DNA from: the human T2T-CHM13v2.0 reference genome, Homo sapiens
NCBI RefSeq assembly: GCF_009914755.1
Contig: NC_060942.1
Direction: 5' to 3' (one strand)
DNA length: 64,000 bases
Numbering within the stretch: position 1 is the first letter of the stretch; the number at the start of each line of letters is the position of its first letter. Made by a program: the position numbers and the translations under genes. The notes under the pieces are model-generated. The model was not told the DNA's origin and did no database searches. It worked only from the letters and a program-made list of their open reading frames with translations. Positions 1 through 13,914 of this stretch are shown here, one piece after another.

Positions 1-468
1 TCTAAATTTTGAGAAATTGGATTCCAGGAGGGTTCCCATCATTTCCTGAGAAGCATTATTCACAAGGCCAAAATTGCTTCTGAAAACAATATGTTTCATA
101 TTGAATATTTGCGTTCTTTCTGGGAGTCTAGAATTGGTACATTCCAGGCAGAAGGTGCTTACATGATCAGCTCCCAATAAAAACCCTGTGTATTTGATAT
201 CTAATGAGCTTCCCTGATACACAATATTTTATCCATGGTTGTTGCAATTTATTGTTGGAGGAATTAAGCATATTCTTTGTAATTCCCCCAGGAAAGGACT
301 CTTGGAAGCTTGTGCCTGGTTTTCTCCCATGTGCCTTTTCCCTTGCCTCCTTTTGCTTTATACATTTTTTTCTGTAATAAATCATAGTCCTGGATACAAC
401 TATATGCTGTGTCCTGAGAGTCCTCCTCGTCAATCACTGAACCTGGGAATAATCTTGGGGACTGCCTA
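1..468 (+). mobile_element. 3' part of an ERVL-class LTR (MER68/MER21-like)
   Basis: 'ggactcttggaagcttgtgcctggttt...ctgtaataaatcatag...gagtcctcctcgtcaatcactgaacctggg...cttggggac' resembles the MER68-type LTR 3' end, with AATAAA. Confidence 0.6.
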
Positions 469-539
469 TATAGTACTATTTACAGTAGCACCAACATTTT
501 TGAAATACCTGCTGGTAATCTTAAAAAATATGTGTAGGC

Positions 540-1036
540 CTTTATTTCTTTCCAAAATCTATGAAACACTGGTGAAAGGAATCAAATAATAAATATGTAG
601 ACACATATACTGTGGTCATAAATTGGAAGGCCCAGTGTTTTTAAGATAACAATTCTCCCCTAATTGATCCAAAGGTTCATTGCAAACCCAATAAAATATT
701 CAGCAGTGTTTTTGGTAGAAATTGAAAACGTGATCATAAAATTCCATAGAATTTAGAATTACTTAAGCATTTTTTAAAAAAATGAAGAACATAAGTAAAA
801 TGGTGTACTGTGAGAAAAAAAGAGCCACATAGGTCAATAAAAGAGTGTAGAGAGTTCAGAAGAAGATCCACACATATATTATCAACTGATTTTTTAAAAA
901 AGATGCCAAGACAATTCAACAGGGAAAAGGAAATCTTAAAAACAAAATATCCATAAGGGAAAAACTAAATTTAAATTCTTACCTCTCACAACATAGACAA
1001 ATTAACTAAATATAGGCCATAAACTTAAGTGGAAAA
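540..1036 (+). mobile_element. Old L1M ORF2 fragment, host of later insertions
   Basis: Degenerate L1 ORF2 sequence ('atcaactgattttt...gatgccaagacaattcaac'); the same element appears to resume at ~3286, ~5790 and ~6141. Confidence 0.65.
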
Positions 1037-3280
1037 TGTATTAGTCCATTATCACACTGTTATTAAGAAATACACAAGACTGGGTAATTTATAAAGAAAA
1101 GAAGTTGAATTGACTCACAGTTCTGCAAGACTGGGGAGACCTCCGGAAATACACAGTCATGGTGAAAGGCACCTCTTCAGAGGGCAACAGGAGAGAGAAT
1201 GAGTGCCAAATGAAAGGGTAAGCCCGTTATATAACCATCAGCTCTCATGAGAACTCACCTGCTATCACAAGAATAGCATGAGGAAACTGCCCCTGTGATT
1301 CAATTATCTCCACCCTGTACCGCCCTTGAAATATGAGGATTCAAGGTGAGATGTGGGTGGGGACATTGAGCCAAACCATATCATTCCACCACTGGCCTCT
1401 CTCAAATCTCATGTCCTCACGTTTCAAAACACAATCATGCCCTTCCTACAGTCCCCCAAATTCTTAACTCATTCTAGTATTAACCCAAAAGTCCAAGTCC
1501 AAAGTCTCATCTGAGACAAGGCAAGTCTCTTCCACTTATGAGCCTGTAAAATCGAAAGTAAGTTAATTACATCCTAGATACAATGGGGATACCAGTATTG
1601 GGTAAACACGCCCATTCCAAATGGGAAAAATTGGCCAAAACAAAGGAGCTACATGACTCAAGCAAGTCCCGAATCCAATAGGGCAGTCATTAAACCTTAA
1701 GGTTACAAAATGATCTCCTTTGACTCCATGTCTCACATCAAGGAAACGCTGATGCAAGAGTTGGGGCTTCCATGTTGTGTGCATCTCTGCTTCTGTGGCT
1801 TTGAAGGGTACTGCCTTCCTCCTGGCTGCTTTCACTGGCTATCATTGAGTGTCTGTGGCTTTTCCAGGTGCACAGTGCAAGCTGTTGGTGGATCTACTAT
1901 TCTGGGATCTGGAGAATAATGACCCTCTTCTCACAGATCCACTAGGCAGTGCCCCAGTGGAGACTGTGTGGGGGCTCCATTTCCCTCCCTCACTGCCCTA
2001 AGCAGAGGCTCTCCATGAGGGCTCCACACCTGCAACAAACTTCTGCCTGGACATCCAGGTGTTTCCATACATCATCTGACATCTAGGTGGAGGTTCCCAC
2101 AACTGAATTCTTGAATTCTGTGCACCTACAGGCCCAACACCATGTATAAGCCACCAACACTTGGGGCTTGCACCCTCTGAAGCAATGGCCCAACCTGTAC
2201 CTTGGTCCCTTTTAGCTACAGCTAGAGCTGAAGAAGCTGGACATAGGCCACCATGTCCTGAGGCTGCATAGAGCAGAAGGCCCCTGGGCCTGGCCCACAA
2301 AACCATTTTTCCCTCGTAGGTCTCAGGACCTGTGATGGGTGAAGGGGGCTGCTGTGAAGGTCTCTGACATACCTTGAAGACATTTTCCCCATTGTCTTGG
2401 TGAAAAACACTTGGATCCTTGTTACTTATGTGAATTTCTGTAGCTGGCTTGAATTGATCCACAGAAAATGGGTCTTTATTTTCTATCTCATGGTGAGGCT
2501 GCACATTTTCCAAACTTTTATACTCTGTCACCTCGTGTATGCTTTGCTGCTTAGAAATTTCTTCTGCCAGATACTTTAAAACATCTCTTTCAAGTTCAGA
2601 GTTCCACAGATCTCTAGGGCAGAGGCAAAAAACTGCCAGTCTCTTTGCTAAAGCATAGCAAGAGTGACCCTTACGCCAGTTCCCAGTCAGTTTCTCATCT
2701 CCATCTGAGACAACCACAGCCTGGACTTCACTGTCTATATCACTATCTGCATTTTGGTCATAGCCATTCAAAAAGTCTCTAGAAAGTTCCAAACTTTCCC
2801 ACATTTTTCTGTCTTCTTCTGAGCCCTCCAAACTGTTCCAATATCTGCCTGTTACCCAGTTCCAAAGTTGCTTCCATATCTTTGGGTATCTTTATAGCAG
2901 CACCCCAATCTCTGTGGTACCAATATACTATATTTGTTCTAACACTGTTATGAAGAGATACCTGAGACTAGGTAATTTATAAAGAAAAGAGGTTTAATTG
3001 ACTCATAGTTTCACATGACTGGAGAGGCCTCAGGAAACTTAAAACTGTGGCAGAAGACACCTTTTCACAGTGTGGCAGGATATAGAATGATTGCTGAGTG
3101 ATGGGGAAAGCCTCTTATGAAACCATCAGATCTTGTGAGAAGTCACTCACTATCATGAGAACTGCATGGCGATAACTGACCCATGATTCAATTATCTCTA
3201 CCTGGTCCTGCCCTTGACACATGGGGATTATAAAAATTCAAGGTGAGATTTGAGTGGGGACACAGAGCAAAACCATATCA
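1037..3280 (-). mobile_element. Full-length THE1 (THE1C-like) MaLR element: LTR 2929-3280, internal 1384-2928, LTR 1037-1383
   Basis: Two homologous LTRs ending 'aaaccatatca' on +, THE1 internal sequence between them, and a perfect 5-bp TSD GAAAA (1032-1036 / 3281-3285). Confidence 0.93.
1998..2831 (-). pseudogene. THE1 internal ORF remnant (MaLR gag-like), 277 codons, non-ATG start
   Basis: Translation 'EGSEEDRKMWESLEL...NWRKGHSCYALAKRLAVFCLCPRDLWN...YLAEEISKQQSI' is the characteristic MaLR internal ORF. Confidence 0.85.
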
Positions 3281-3304
3281 GAAAACTAAAGACAGGCTTT
3301 TTTT

Positions 3305-5790
3305 AAAGACCTAGCAGAGATACAACAAAAAAGAAAACTTCAGGCCAATATCTTTGATGAACACTGATGCAAAAATTCTTAGCAAAATACTTGTAAACCG
3401 AATCCAACAGCACATCAGAAAGCTTTTCCACAATCAAGTAGGCTGCATTCCTGGGATGCAAGGTTGATTCGACATACGCAAAACGATAAATGTGATTCAT
3501 CACATAAACAGGACTAAAGACAAAAAACACACGATTATCTCAATAGGTGCAGAAAAGGCCTCCGATGAAATTCAACATCTCTTCTTCTTAAAAACTCTCA
3601 ATAAACTAGGTATTGAAGAAACATACCTGAAAATAATAAGAGCCATTTATGAGAAACCCACAGCCAGTATCATATTAAATGGGTAAAACCTAGAAGCATT
3701 CCCCTCAAAAACTGGCAGAAGACAAGGATGCCCTCTTTGCCACTCCTATTCAACACTTTATTGGAAGTTCTGACCAGGGCCCTCAGGCAAGAGAAAGAAA
3801 TAAAGGGCATCCAAATAGGAAGTGGGAAAGTCAACCATCCCTGTTTGCAGATGACATGTTCTTATATTTGGAAAACCCCATAGTCTCAGCCCAAAAGCTT
3901 CTTAAGCTTATAAACAACTTCAGCAAAGTCTCAGGATACAAAATCCACGTGCAGAAATCACTAACATTCCTATACACCAACAACAGTCAAGTCAAGAGCC
4001 AAGTCAGTAACAAACTCCCATTCACAACTGTCATAAGAAGAATAAAATATCTAGGGATACAGCTCACTAAAGAGCTGAAATATCTCTACAAGGAGAACTA
4101 AAAATGCTCAAATAAATCAGAGATGATACAAACAAATGGAAAAACGTTCGATGCTCATGGATAGGAAGAATTAATATCGTTAAGATGGCCATGCTGCCCA
4201 AAGCAATTTATAGATTCAATGCTATTTTTATTAAACTACCACTGACATTCTTCACAGAAGCAGAGAAAACTATTTTAAAATTTATATGTAACCAAAAGAG
4301 AGCCTGAATAATTAAAGCAATCTAAGTAAAGAGAACAAAGCTGGAGGCATCATGCTACCTGACTTCAAACTACACTACAAGGCTACAGTAACTAAACAAC
4401 ATGGCACTGGTACAAAAACAGACACACAGACAAATAGAACAGAATAGAGGACCCAGAAATAAGACTGCACATCCACAAATATCTAATATTTGACAAACTT
4501 GACAAAAACAAGCAAGGTGGAAAGGATCCCCTATTCAATTAATAGTGCTGGGAAAACTGGCTAGCCATATGCAGAAGACTGAAACTGGACCCCTTCTTTA
4601 CACCATATACAAAAATTAACTCAAGATGGATTAAAGACTTAAATGTAAAACCCAAAACTATAAAAACCCTGGAAGACAACCTAGGAAATACCACTCAGGA
4701 CATAGGCACGGGCAAAGATTTCATGATGAAAATGTCAAAAGCAATTGCAACAAAAGCAAACATTGACAAATGGTATCTAATTAAACTAAGGAGCTTCTGC
4801 ACAGCAAAAGAAACTAACAACAGAGTAGTAGCCAACCTACAAAATGGGAGAAAATTTTTGCAAACTATGCATCTGACAAATGTCTAATATCCAGCATCTA
4901 TCTATAAGGAACTTTACAAGAAAAATGAATTTACAAGAAAAAAAAAACATTAAAAAGTGGGCAAAGAACATGAGCAGACACATCTCAAAAGAAGACATGC
5001 ATGCAGTCAACAATTTATGAAATAAAACTAAACATTACTGATCATTAGAGAAATGCAAATCAAAACCTCAGTGAGATACCATCTCACACCAGTCAGAATG
5101 GCTATTATTAAAAAGTCAAAAAACAACAGATGCTATAGAGGTTACAGAGAAAAGGGAACACTTATACAGTGTTGGTGGGAGTTTAAATTAGTTCAGCCAT
5201 TGTGGAAGATGTTGTGGTAGTTCCTCAAAGACTTAAAGACAGAAATATCATGTGACAGAGCAATCCCATTACTGGGTATACACCCAAAGGAGTATAAATC
5301 ACTCTATTATAAAGACACATGAACATGTATGTTCATTGAAGCATTATTCATAATAGAAAAAACATGGAATCAACTTAAATGCCCATTAGTGATAGATTGG
5401 ATAAAGAAAATGTCATACATATACACCATGGAATACTACGCAGTCATAAAAGAACGAGATCGTGTCCTATGCAGGGACATGGATGGAGCTAGAGGCCATT
5501 ATCCTTAGCAAACTAACACAGGAACTGAAAACCAAGTATCTCATGCTCTTACTTAGAAGTGGGAGCAAAATGATTAGAACACCTGGACACGTAGAGGGGA
5601 ACAACACACACTGGGGCCTTTCAGAAGCTAAATGGTGGGAGGAGGAAGAGGATCAGGAAAAATAACTAATGGCTATTAGGCTTAATACCTAGGATGTAAA
5701 ATAATCTGCAACAAACTCCCATGACACAAATTACCTATGTAACAAACCTGCACTTGTACCCCAAACTTCAAATAAAAGTTAAGAAAAAGA
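3305..5790 (+). mobile_element. 5'-truncated L1 (about L1PA13-15): RT/C-terminal ORF2 and 3' UTR
   Basis: ORF2 peptides ([16 protein letters not shown]; [27 protein letters not shown]) broken by stops/frameshifts; 3' UTR 'gaggatcaggaaaaataactaatgg...aataaaagtt' and A-rich tail. Confidence 0.9.
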
Positions 5791-5860
5791 AAATATAGAA
5801 AGAAAAGTCTAGGTTTCCTTGGAGTAGACAAAATTTCTTAAATAGTACAATTAAAACATA

Positions 5861-6141
5861 GGCTGGGCGCGGTGGCTCACATCTGTAATCCCAGCACTTT
5901 GGGAGGCCGAGGTGGGCGGATCACAAGGTCAGGATACCGAGATCATCCTGGCTAACATGGTGAAACCCCGTCTCTACTAAAAAATACAAAAAAATTAGGT
6001 GGGCGTGGTGACAGGCGCTACGTGGGAGGCTGAGGCAGGAGAACGGCGTGAACCCGGGAGGCAGAACTTCCAGTAAGCTGAGATGGTGCCACTGCACTCC
6101 AGCCTGGGGGACAGAGCGATACTCCGTCTCAAAAAAAAAAA
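5861..6141 (+). mobile_element. AluY-type Alu with small internal deletion
   Basis: Dimeric Alu with 'atcctggctaac' and 'ggcgtgaacccggg'; lacks the 'ctgtagtcccag' segment; A tail; flanks aaaacata/aagacata. Confidence 0.92.
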
Positions 6142-7150
6142 GACATAAATCATTAGTGAAAAATAATAAATTTGACTTTTTAACATTAAAATATTTTATC
6201 CTTCAAAGACATCCTTAAAATAAAAATGAGAATATTCTATAAAGAAAATATTATGTATATATTTATGACATTTATACGCATCCAGAATATTTAAGGAATC
6301 TTGACAATTCAATGGTAATAAGAAAAAATGCCACAGCCAAAAATATAGACAAATGATTTGAACAGGTATTTTACAAAAGAAGATATATAAATAGCCAATA
6401 GGCACAGGGAAAGATGTTCAACATCGTTAGCCATCAAGAAAATGCACACTAAAACCCAATGAGTTACCATTATCGATCCATTAAAATGATTCAAATCAAA
6501 ATGACCAACAATAGCAAGCAAGGTCAAGATGTAAAATAACTGGACCTCATATCCTGTTAATGGCAATGTAAAATGATACAACCTCTTTGGGAAACTATTT
6601 GACTCTTTCTGAAAAAGTTGAGTATTCACTTACCATATGACTTAGTGGTGCCATCCCTAAGTATTACCAAAAAGAAATGAGAATATATGTCCTCACAGAG
6701 ACATTTGTAGAATTTTAAAATTATAGCCCTAAACTGAATACATCTCAAATGCTCATCAACAAAGGAATGGATAAATAAAATGTGGTGTAGCCATACAAAG
6801 AAATATTTCTCCATAATATAAAATAATAAACATACTATTGTGTGAATCTAAAAATCATTTCTCTTAATCAAAGTAGCCAGACAAAAGAGTACATGCTATT
6901 TTGTTCGACTTATGTAAGTTACACAACAATTCACAGTGGCTTTAAGCAAATCAGTGACTGGTTCCAGACACAGATGAGCTTTGCACTTTAAAAAGAGCAT
7001 GAGGAATCTTTCGTGGGGAATGGAAATGTTCTGTATCTTGTTTATGGTTGTGTTTTTATGACTGTACACAATTCACAAGACTGATCAAATTGCGTTCCTT
7101 AAATGAATGCAACTTGAATCAATAATTAATGTTATCTATAATAAAATTAA
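6142..7150 (+). mobile_element. Old L1M ORF2 end and 3' UTR
   Basis: Degenerate 'agaagatatataaatagccaataggcacagggaaagatgttcaacatcgttagccatc' and L1M-type 3' UTR 'ggaaatgttctgtatcttg'. Confidence 0.75.
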
Positions 7151-7238
7151 TAAAGAAGATGCTTGAGATAAATAGAATGCTTTTCTAAGTATGTATGATT
7201 CCACAGGAAGAATCATAAAGAAGGTGAAAATAATTTAT

Positions 7239-7560
<322 letters not shown>

Positions 7561-9477
7561 AATTTATTAAAAGAGTGTGTAGAGGAGCATAGGTTAAAAA
7601 GAGATATCACAGGAGAACTGTAGAAATACTAAACTCCTGTTTTATGTCTTATATAATAATAATAATACTACAAATAATAAACTAAGTACCTTCAAGAGAA
7701 AATTCAATATTTAGGTATGTGAGATCGTAAAAAAAATTGGCAGTTTAAAATAATTTCAATTCTTAAGACTCAGATACAATGAATCAAAATTTACTGGAAG
7801 AATTAAAAGATGTAACTGGAAAGTCAATATTCTCAATCCTAGAGACTGTTCGGAGAAAGGAAAAAAGAGACAGAAAAATATATATGTATTAACTGACAAT
7901 GTGAAACTGTTCATTAATCCTAAAAGAAGAAAAAAGGATTCTGAAACTAGGGAAAAGTGAACTATGCAAAAGGCTAGCCAATCTGAGAATAAATTACTGA
8001 AGTGATTATTTGTGAGTACCTTTAGAAAAGAGTGTACAGAGTTCTTGGAGTCAGTATTAATTCATTAAGAACAAGTTATGCTAAATACAAATTTCGCTTT
8101 TTAATATGAATAGTAAATACACAATTAAGGCAAATGCTTTAGAATACACATTTCAATAACAATACTTGAGGGTAGAAAATACATGTGGATTAAAATAATT
8201 ATTATATTACAAATATTAATGATAATAATACTTTAGACCAAGAAAGACAATTCAACTTTCCATTTTCCTGTAGTGTCTTTTGGTTGATTGCTAAAATTAG
8301 GTAAATCTCAAAGGAGGTTTTTATGGCATACAGCAGAAACAGGTTAAATATCACATGTTAGTCATGGTTTTTGAGGTTTTTGCCTATACGTCTTTTAATG
8401 TATTTAAAAGCAACTTGTTTATGATGATTTCTGTGTAATTTTATATCTCCTTGCTAATTTATACCAAGATGATGATATGATGATGATGTAATCGGGGAAT
8501 AAATAAATTTTATATAAAACTGTGTTTACTAAAAAGAATTAATAAGAATCTTGAAATATTTAATTCCTTCATTAGCATAACATTTAGAGTTCCCCTATTT
8601 TTGTCCTCATAATAGTATTTGAATGCTCCACATTTAGAATATCATCTTTGAGTTTTTGTGATATCATAAAATCCTGAGAAGAATATTAAAATAACTATTC
8701 AATATCATATATGGATTTTTCTATGGTAACTTTTTAATACAGAATATTTATATGTTAAAAATTAGATTTTGCTCGAAAAAATAATTTCATGATTTTTTTA
8801 AGAATACAAATCCAAAATCCAAAAAAGTCTTATAAAAATGCAAGAACCTATAGAGACATGTCATTTATACAAATACTTTTTCACTCAGCTGCTCACATAT
8901 TTGAAAATATCTATTGAAAATGAAAAGCAAAATGTGGATCTCACTTAACCTTTCATATAAAATACACATTCTAATTTACTGAAATCAATTTACATTCCAT
9001 TACAGGGGTTCAACATAGACATCTTCAAGTTTTGCTATAAGTTCTAAAAGACAATGGTATAGAAAGCAAGAAAAATAACCAAATGACACATAGAAATAAT
9101 AGTAGCAAATGTTTGTGTTTTTCTTTACAGAATAGTAGTACTTTTGTTAGCATTTTCTATGCTGGCAAGTTTGTACCTTCACAAGTCTGTTAGTGGTACA
9201 CAGTTTTTGCTGTGTTCTTTAATTATAGCTGTAACTTTATTTCTCATGCATATCCTTGTATGATTATATTAAATAATAGAAAGATATATGAGAGGCAATG
9301 TATCTATATCATGACTCTGATAATATTCTTGCCTGTCACCACAGAAACCTTGATCACGGTCACACATTTCAACAAAGATAGAAAATACAAGAATATCAAG
9401 ACTTTCATCTCCACTCTAACTCTTGTTTTATTTTGACATAAAAACAAACATTTACTTGATGTTACTGCTTTACTTAC

Positions 9478-9603
9478 ATCAGTTATATGCATAGCCCACC
9501 TTTATTCATGTTTTGCTCTACAAAAATATGTCTTGGCAATGTGCACATTGGCAAATGGAATTGAGCCCAGCAAATGAGTTCAACAAATGTGTTGATTTTT
9601 CTT
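9478..9603 (-). other. Candidate internal exon (126 nt)
   Basis: Minus strand: 'catatttttag|AAGAAAA...ACTGAT|gtaagt'. Weak pyrimidine tract; stops in all frames. Confidence 0.2.
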
Positions 9604-10074
9604 CTAAAAATATGTGCTAGACAGATTGTTGTAATTCTAATGGCCATATTATTATATTGTAAAAATTATGCTGACTCTGTCTCTAATAAATTTATTCTGT
9701 ATAATTATTCATAGCTATCAGCTTAACAGTTTTCTAAAAAACTCTTCATCGACTATACCTTCAAATAGATTAAACTCCCTTTTATTTCCCTTGGCAATAG
9801 TGTGTTACATAGGTCACAATAATGGGATAACCTTTATGATTCATTTTATCGTGACTCATAACTAAAAAACAGTGCAAATGTGGCCCATGTTCTACTTTGC
9901 TTCATATTTTAGGGAAGTTTGAATTTGTTAGCAAATCCTTTTAGCTGTTTATTGTTTGAAGGCTAAAACATTAATCTTTCAACAGAAATAAAAATTGTTT
10001 ACATACATGTGCCCATTTGCTTTGTTTCTAGTGATATAAAAACCACTAAAAATTAGCAATTAAGAGAGGCTACA

Positions 10075-10449
<375 letters not shown>

Positions 10450-11205
10450 TCAATCATCCTAAAAAAATTTGTTCATGTTGCATTTTGACATGAAACTGTG
10501 TGACCTAAAACTAAAATAATACTGAATCATACTAAAGTTCTTTGTGTTAGAATTTTTCAGTAAGGAAAAAAATTGAATGTATACATACTTTTTTGTTGTT
10601 GTTTCTTACAACTTTAGTTAGCCATTTTCATCTAAACTCTTCAGGCTATCTTTTCAGATGTACTATAGATTTTGTTAATTGTCACAAAATTATAAAGAGT
10701 AAAATGCACACATATTCAGGGTACAGTTTGATGTGTTTTAACAACTGTATACAGTCATTTAATTAATATGCAATCAAAATAATGAACTCTGCTACCACGT
10801 TAAATTGTTCCCTTCTGCCCCTTTGCAATTAATTCCCATTCACCCTTCCTGATCCAGCCTCAGCCACTATTCTGATTTCTTGCCCCAAAGATTAGTTTTT
10901 CCCGTTCTGTGACTTCATGTAAGTGGAATCATACAATACGTATTGCTTTGCATCCTGCTTCCCTTGCTCAACATGTTTTTGAAGTTATCACGTCTATTAT
11001 GTGGTACCTTCCTGTTGTCTAGTATGATTTTGTGTAAATATCCCACATTGTGTTTATCCAATCTTCTGTTAGTTAACATTTTTGTTATTTCCAGGTTTTC
11101 TCCCTGTTTTGGTTACTATGAATGAATATGTAATAAACATCTTTGTTAAAAGTTATTATGATAAATGTAAGTTTTAATTTACTTTATAGACTAAATAGCT
11201 GGGAA

Positions 11206-11862
11206 TGTGTGCCGGCCACTGATTTATAACTCTCAGTTCCAAATTCACAAATGTAGCCTGCTTTGCGAAAATGGATCTCAGTCATTTCAATTGACACAAT
11301 GTTAAAGTTTGTCAATAGAGGGCGCCAGGAACACATTGCAGGAGGAAGGGAGGTTGCTAGAGGGTGCCTCTAGCAGGTTTCTACCTGTGGGCAACTTCTC
11401 CAGCCTTCACCTCCTACAACACATGGAGCTAAAGCATCCAACTCCTGCCCTACATGACAGGCAGCAGCACCCAATAACCAACACCTTTTCCTGGCCATTT
11501 TGCCCTGGACAGTTTTGTAGGCAAGTACTTCCAATGAGACATCGCTCCAGGAACAGCTTTCCCCAGCACCCCTGAGAATAGTTTGTAGACCAACTCCAAG
11601 GAGTCGATTTCCAGCGGGTTTCACAGACACAGCAACCTCCGCTCTTCTTTGCCCAGTGAGCTTGGACTGCACCTTTTCCTGAGGTTCTTGAATTCTCTAG
11701 CTTGGCGCTTAAGGGTAGTGGCTGCCTATTCTATCTGCTATTCCTGTATTCGTTAGAGTTCTCTTTACTTATAATCTCTTGTTATATTTCATTATTTTTA
11801 TATTAAACTTTCCCTGGACAAATTGTTCGTAGTTTCTTTCTTTTGATTGAAACAGGACTGAG
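11206..11862 (+). mobile_element. ERVL solo LTR (LTR41/LTR50/LTR52-like)
   Basis: Starts 'tgtgtgccggccactgatttataactctcagttccaaattcac', contains 'gtcaatagagggcgccag', ends 'tatattaaactttccctg...ggactga'. Confidence 0.65.
11311..11328 (+). promoter_or_regulatory. CTCF-like motif
   Basis: GTCAATAGAGGGCGCCAG resembles the CTCF core CCACTAGAGGGCGC; CpG retained. Confidence 0.5.
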
Positions 11863-12639
11863 AGTAGAATTGCTGAATCTTATAGTCAGTGTATGTTTAA
11901 TAAACACATTGTGTCATTTTACACTCCTACCAAAATTACGGACGTTTTCTAGATACCCCATATTTTCTCTAGCATTAGATATTACGTCGTTTTCACGTTT
12001 TTTAACCATTCTAACGTGTGCTTAATAGTTTCTGTGGTTTTTGATTTGCAAATCCCTGAAGACCAATAATTGTTAAGCATCTTTTCATGTGCCTGTTGGC
12101 CATTTATATGTTATCTTTTGTGAAATGCCTTTCTAAATCTTTTGCCCATTTAAAAAAAATAGGTTATCTTTTTATCACTGGTTTACAAGAATCTTTGTAT
12201 ATTTAGGATACATGTCTATTGTCAGATAAATGCACTGCAAATATATTCTTCTCTACTCTGTTTCCTACTTTTTATTCCTTAGCTTTGTCATTCGAGGAGC
12301 AGAAGTTTTTAATATTGATAAAGTGCAGTTTACAATTCTTCAAATTTTAATGCTACTAAGATTAATCAAATTAATTAATCTACCTCAAATTAATGTTTGT
12401 GTCCAATGTGAATAATAGTCAAGGTTCATTTTCTTCCTCATATTGCTATCTAACTTATTCAGCACCATATGATGAAAAGATTTGCCTTCCTTCACTGAAT
12501 TACACAGAAATACTTTTATTTTCTTCCTTGTTGCCGTTAGCTATTGCCAGGAGTGCAATGTTGAATACAAGTCACAGAACTGGATGTTTCGCTCTTTTTT
12601 CAGTTTTAGAGTAAAAGCATTCCATATTTTACCAATAAG

Positions 12640-13910
12640 TGGTTTTATTTTTACAGCTTTAATGAGGTGTGAATGACATACAATGAACTACACATAATAA
12701 AATGTACAATTTGATAAATTGAGACATATATACAGTTGTGGCGTCCTCACCACAACCAGATTGATAAACATATTCATCTCCCTCAAAAGTTTTCTCATGT
12801 AAACCATGCCTCCTACCCCTCCTGACTTTCACCCCTTAAGCAACCAACCATCGCTGTTGGTAAGTTTGTGTTTTCTAAATTTTATGTAAATGGAATAATA
12901 CTACTTGTGATCTTTTTTGTTAGGCTTCTATCACTTAACACAATTATTTAAAGATCCATCCACATTGTTGCATGTATCAGTTGTTCCTTTTGTTTTATTG
13001 CTGAGTGATACTCTTTTTTATGGATATAACATAATATTTCTTATCCATTTATCTGTTGACAGATATATGGGCTCTTTTCCTTATTTTCCTATTATAAATA
13101 AAGCTGCTATGAGCATTCATGTGTAAGTTTCTGTGTGGACATATGGTTTCATTTTTCTTGGGTAAATGCCTAGCAGCTAAATGGCTAAGTCATAGGCTAG
13201 GGTTTAACTGAGCATGTTAAGAAACTCCCAAACTGTTTTCTGAAGTGGTTATACATTTTATATTCCCACCAGCAGTGTACAAGAGAATTTCATTTGCTCC
13301 ACATCCTTGAGAATCTTGAATGATTAGTCTTTTAAATATTAGTCATTCTAATTGGTGTATACTGGTAGCTCATAGTGGCATTAATTTGCATTTCTCTAAT
13401 GACTAGTGAGGTTGAGCATCTTTTCATATGCTAATTTGCCACCCATATATTGTCTTTGGTGACTTGTCTTGAAGCTTTTGTCTATTCTTTAAAAGGTGTT
13501 CATTTTCTTATTATAGCCTTTTCTGAGCTCAGACATATCTTTTATTGCAGGTGTGATTTGCTAGTCTTTTCGCCAATCTACGTCTTGTTTGTTAATTCTC
13601 TCAGCAGTTTCTTTTGAAGAGCATACGTTCTTAATGCAATAGAACATCATTTTTTTCCTTTGTATCCTGTGTTTTTGGTGTTATATGTTAGAAAACTTTG
13701 CACAATTCAGAAGGTGTGTTATAGATGTTATATTTGCATTAAGATTTATTTTTAGTTAATTTTTCTATGTAGTGTGAGGTACAGATGGAAGTTCATTTGG
13801 GGGCATATGGATATCCAGTTTTTCTAGTATAATTTGTTTCACTGAGATGTCTATTTCTTTATTTAAAAAATCATTGAACCATTTATGTGAGGACTGATTC
13901 TTGGATTTTT
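12640..13910 (-). mobile_element. L1MB/MC-type 3' end
   Basis: T-rich start, 'ataaataaagctgctatgagcattcatgtgtaag', 'tattcccaccagcagtgta', 'gttgagcatcttttcatatgc'. Confidence 0.8.
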
Positions 13911-13914
13911 AGTA

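Larger units (their letters stand above)
10660..12630 (-). mobile_element. Old L1M 3' region, interrupted by an LTR at 11206-11862
   Basis: Antisense L1 motifs 'gtaagtggaatcatacaatacgta' and 'aagcatcttttcatgtgcctgttggccattt'. Confidence 0.7.
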
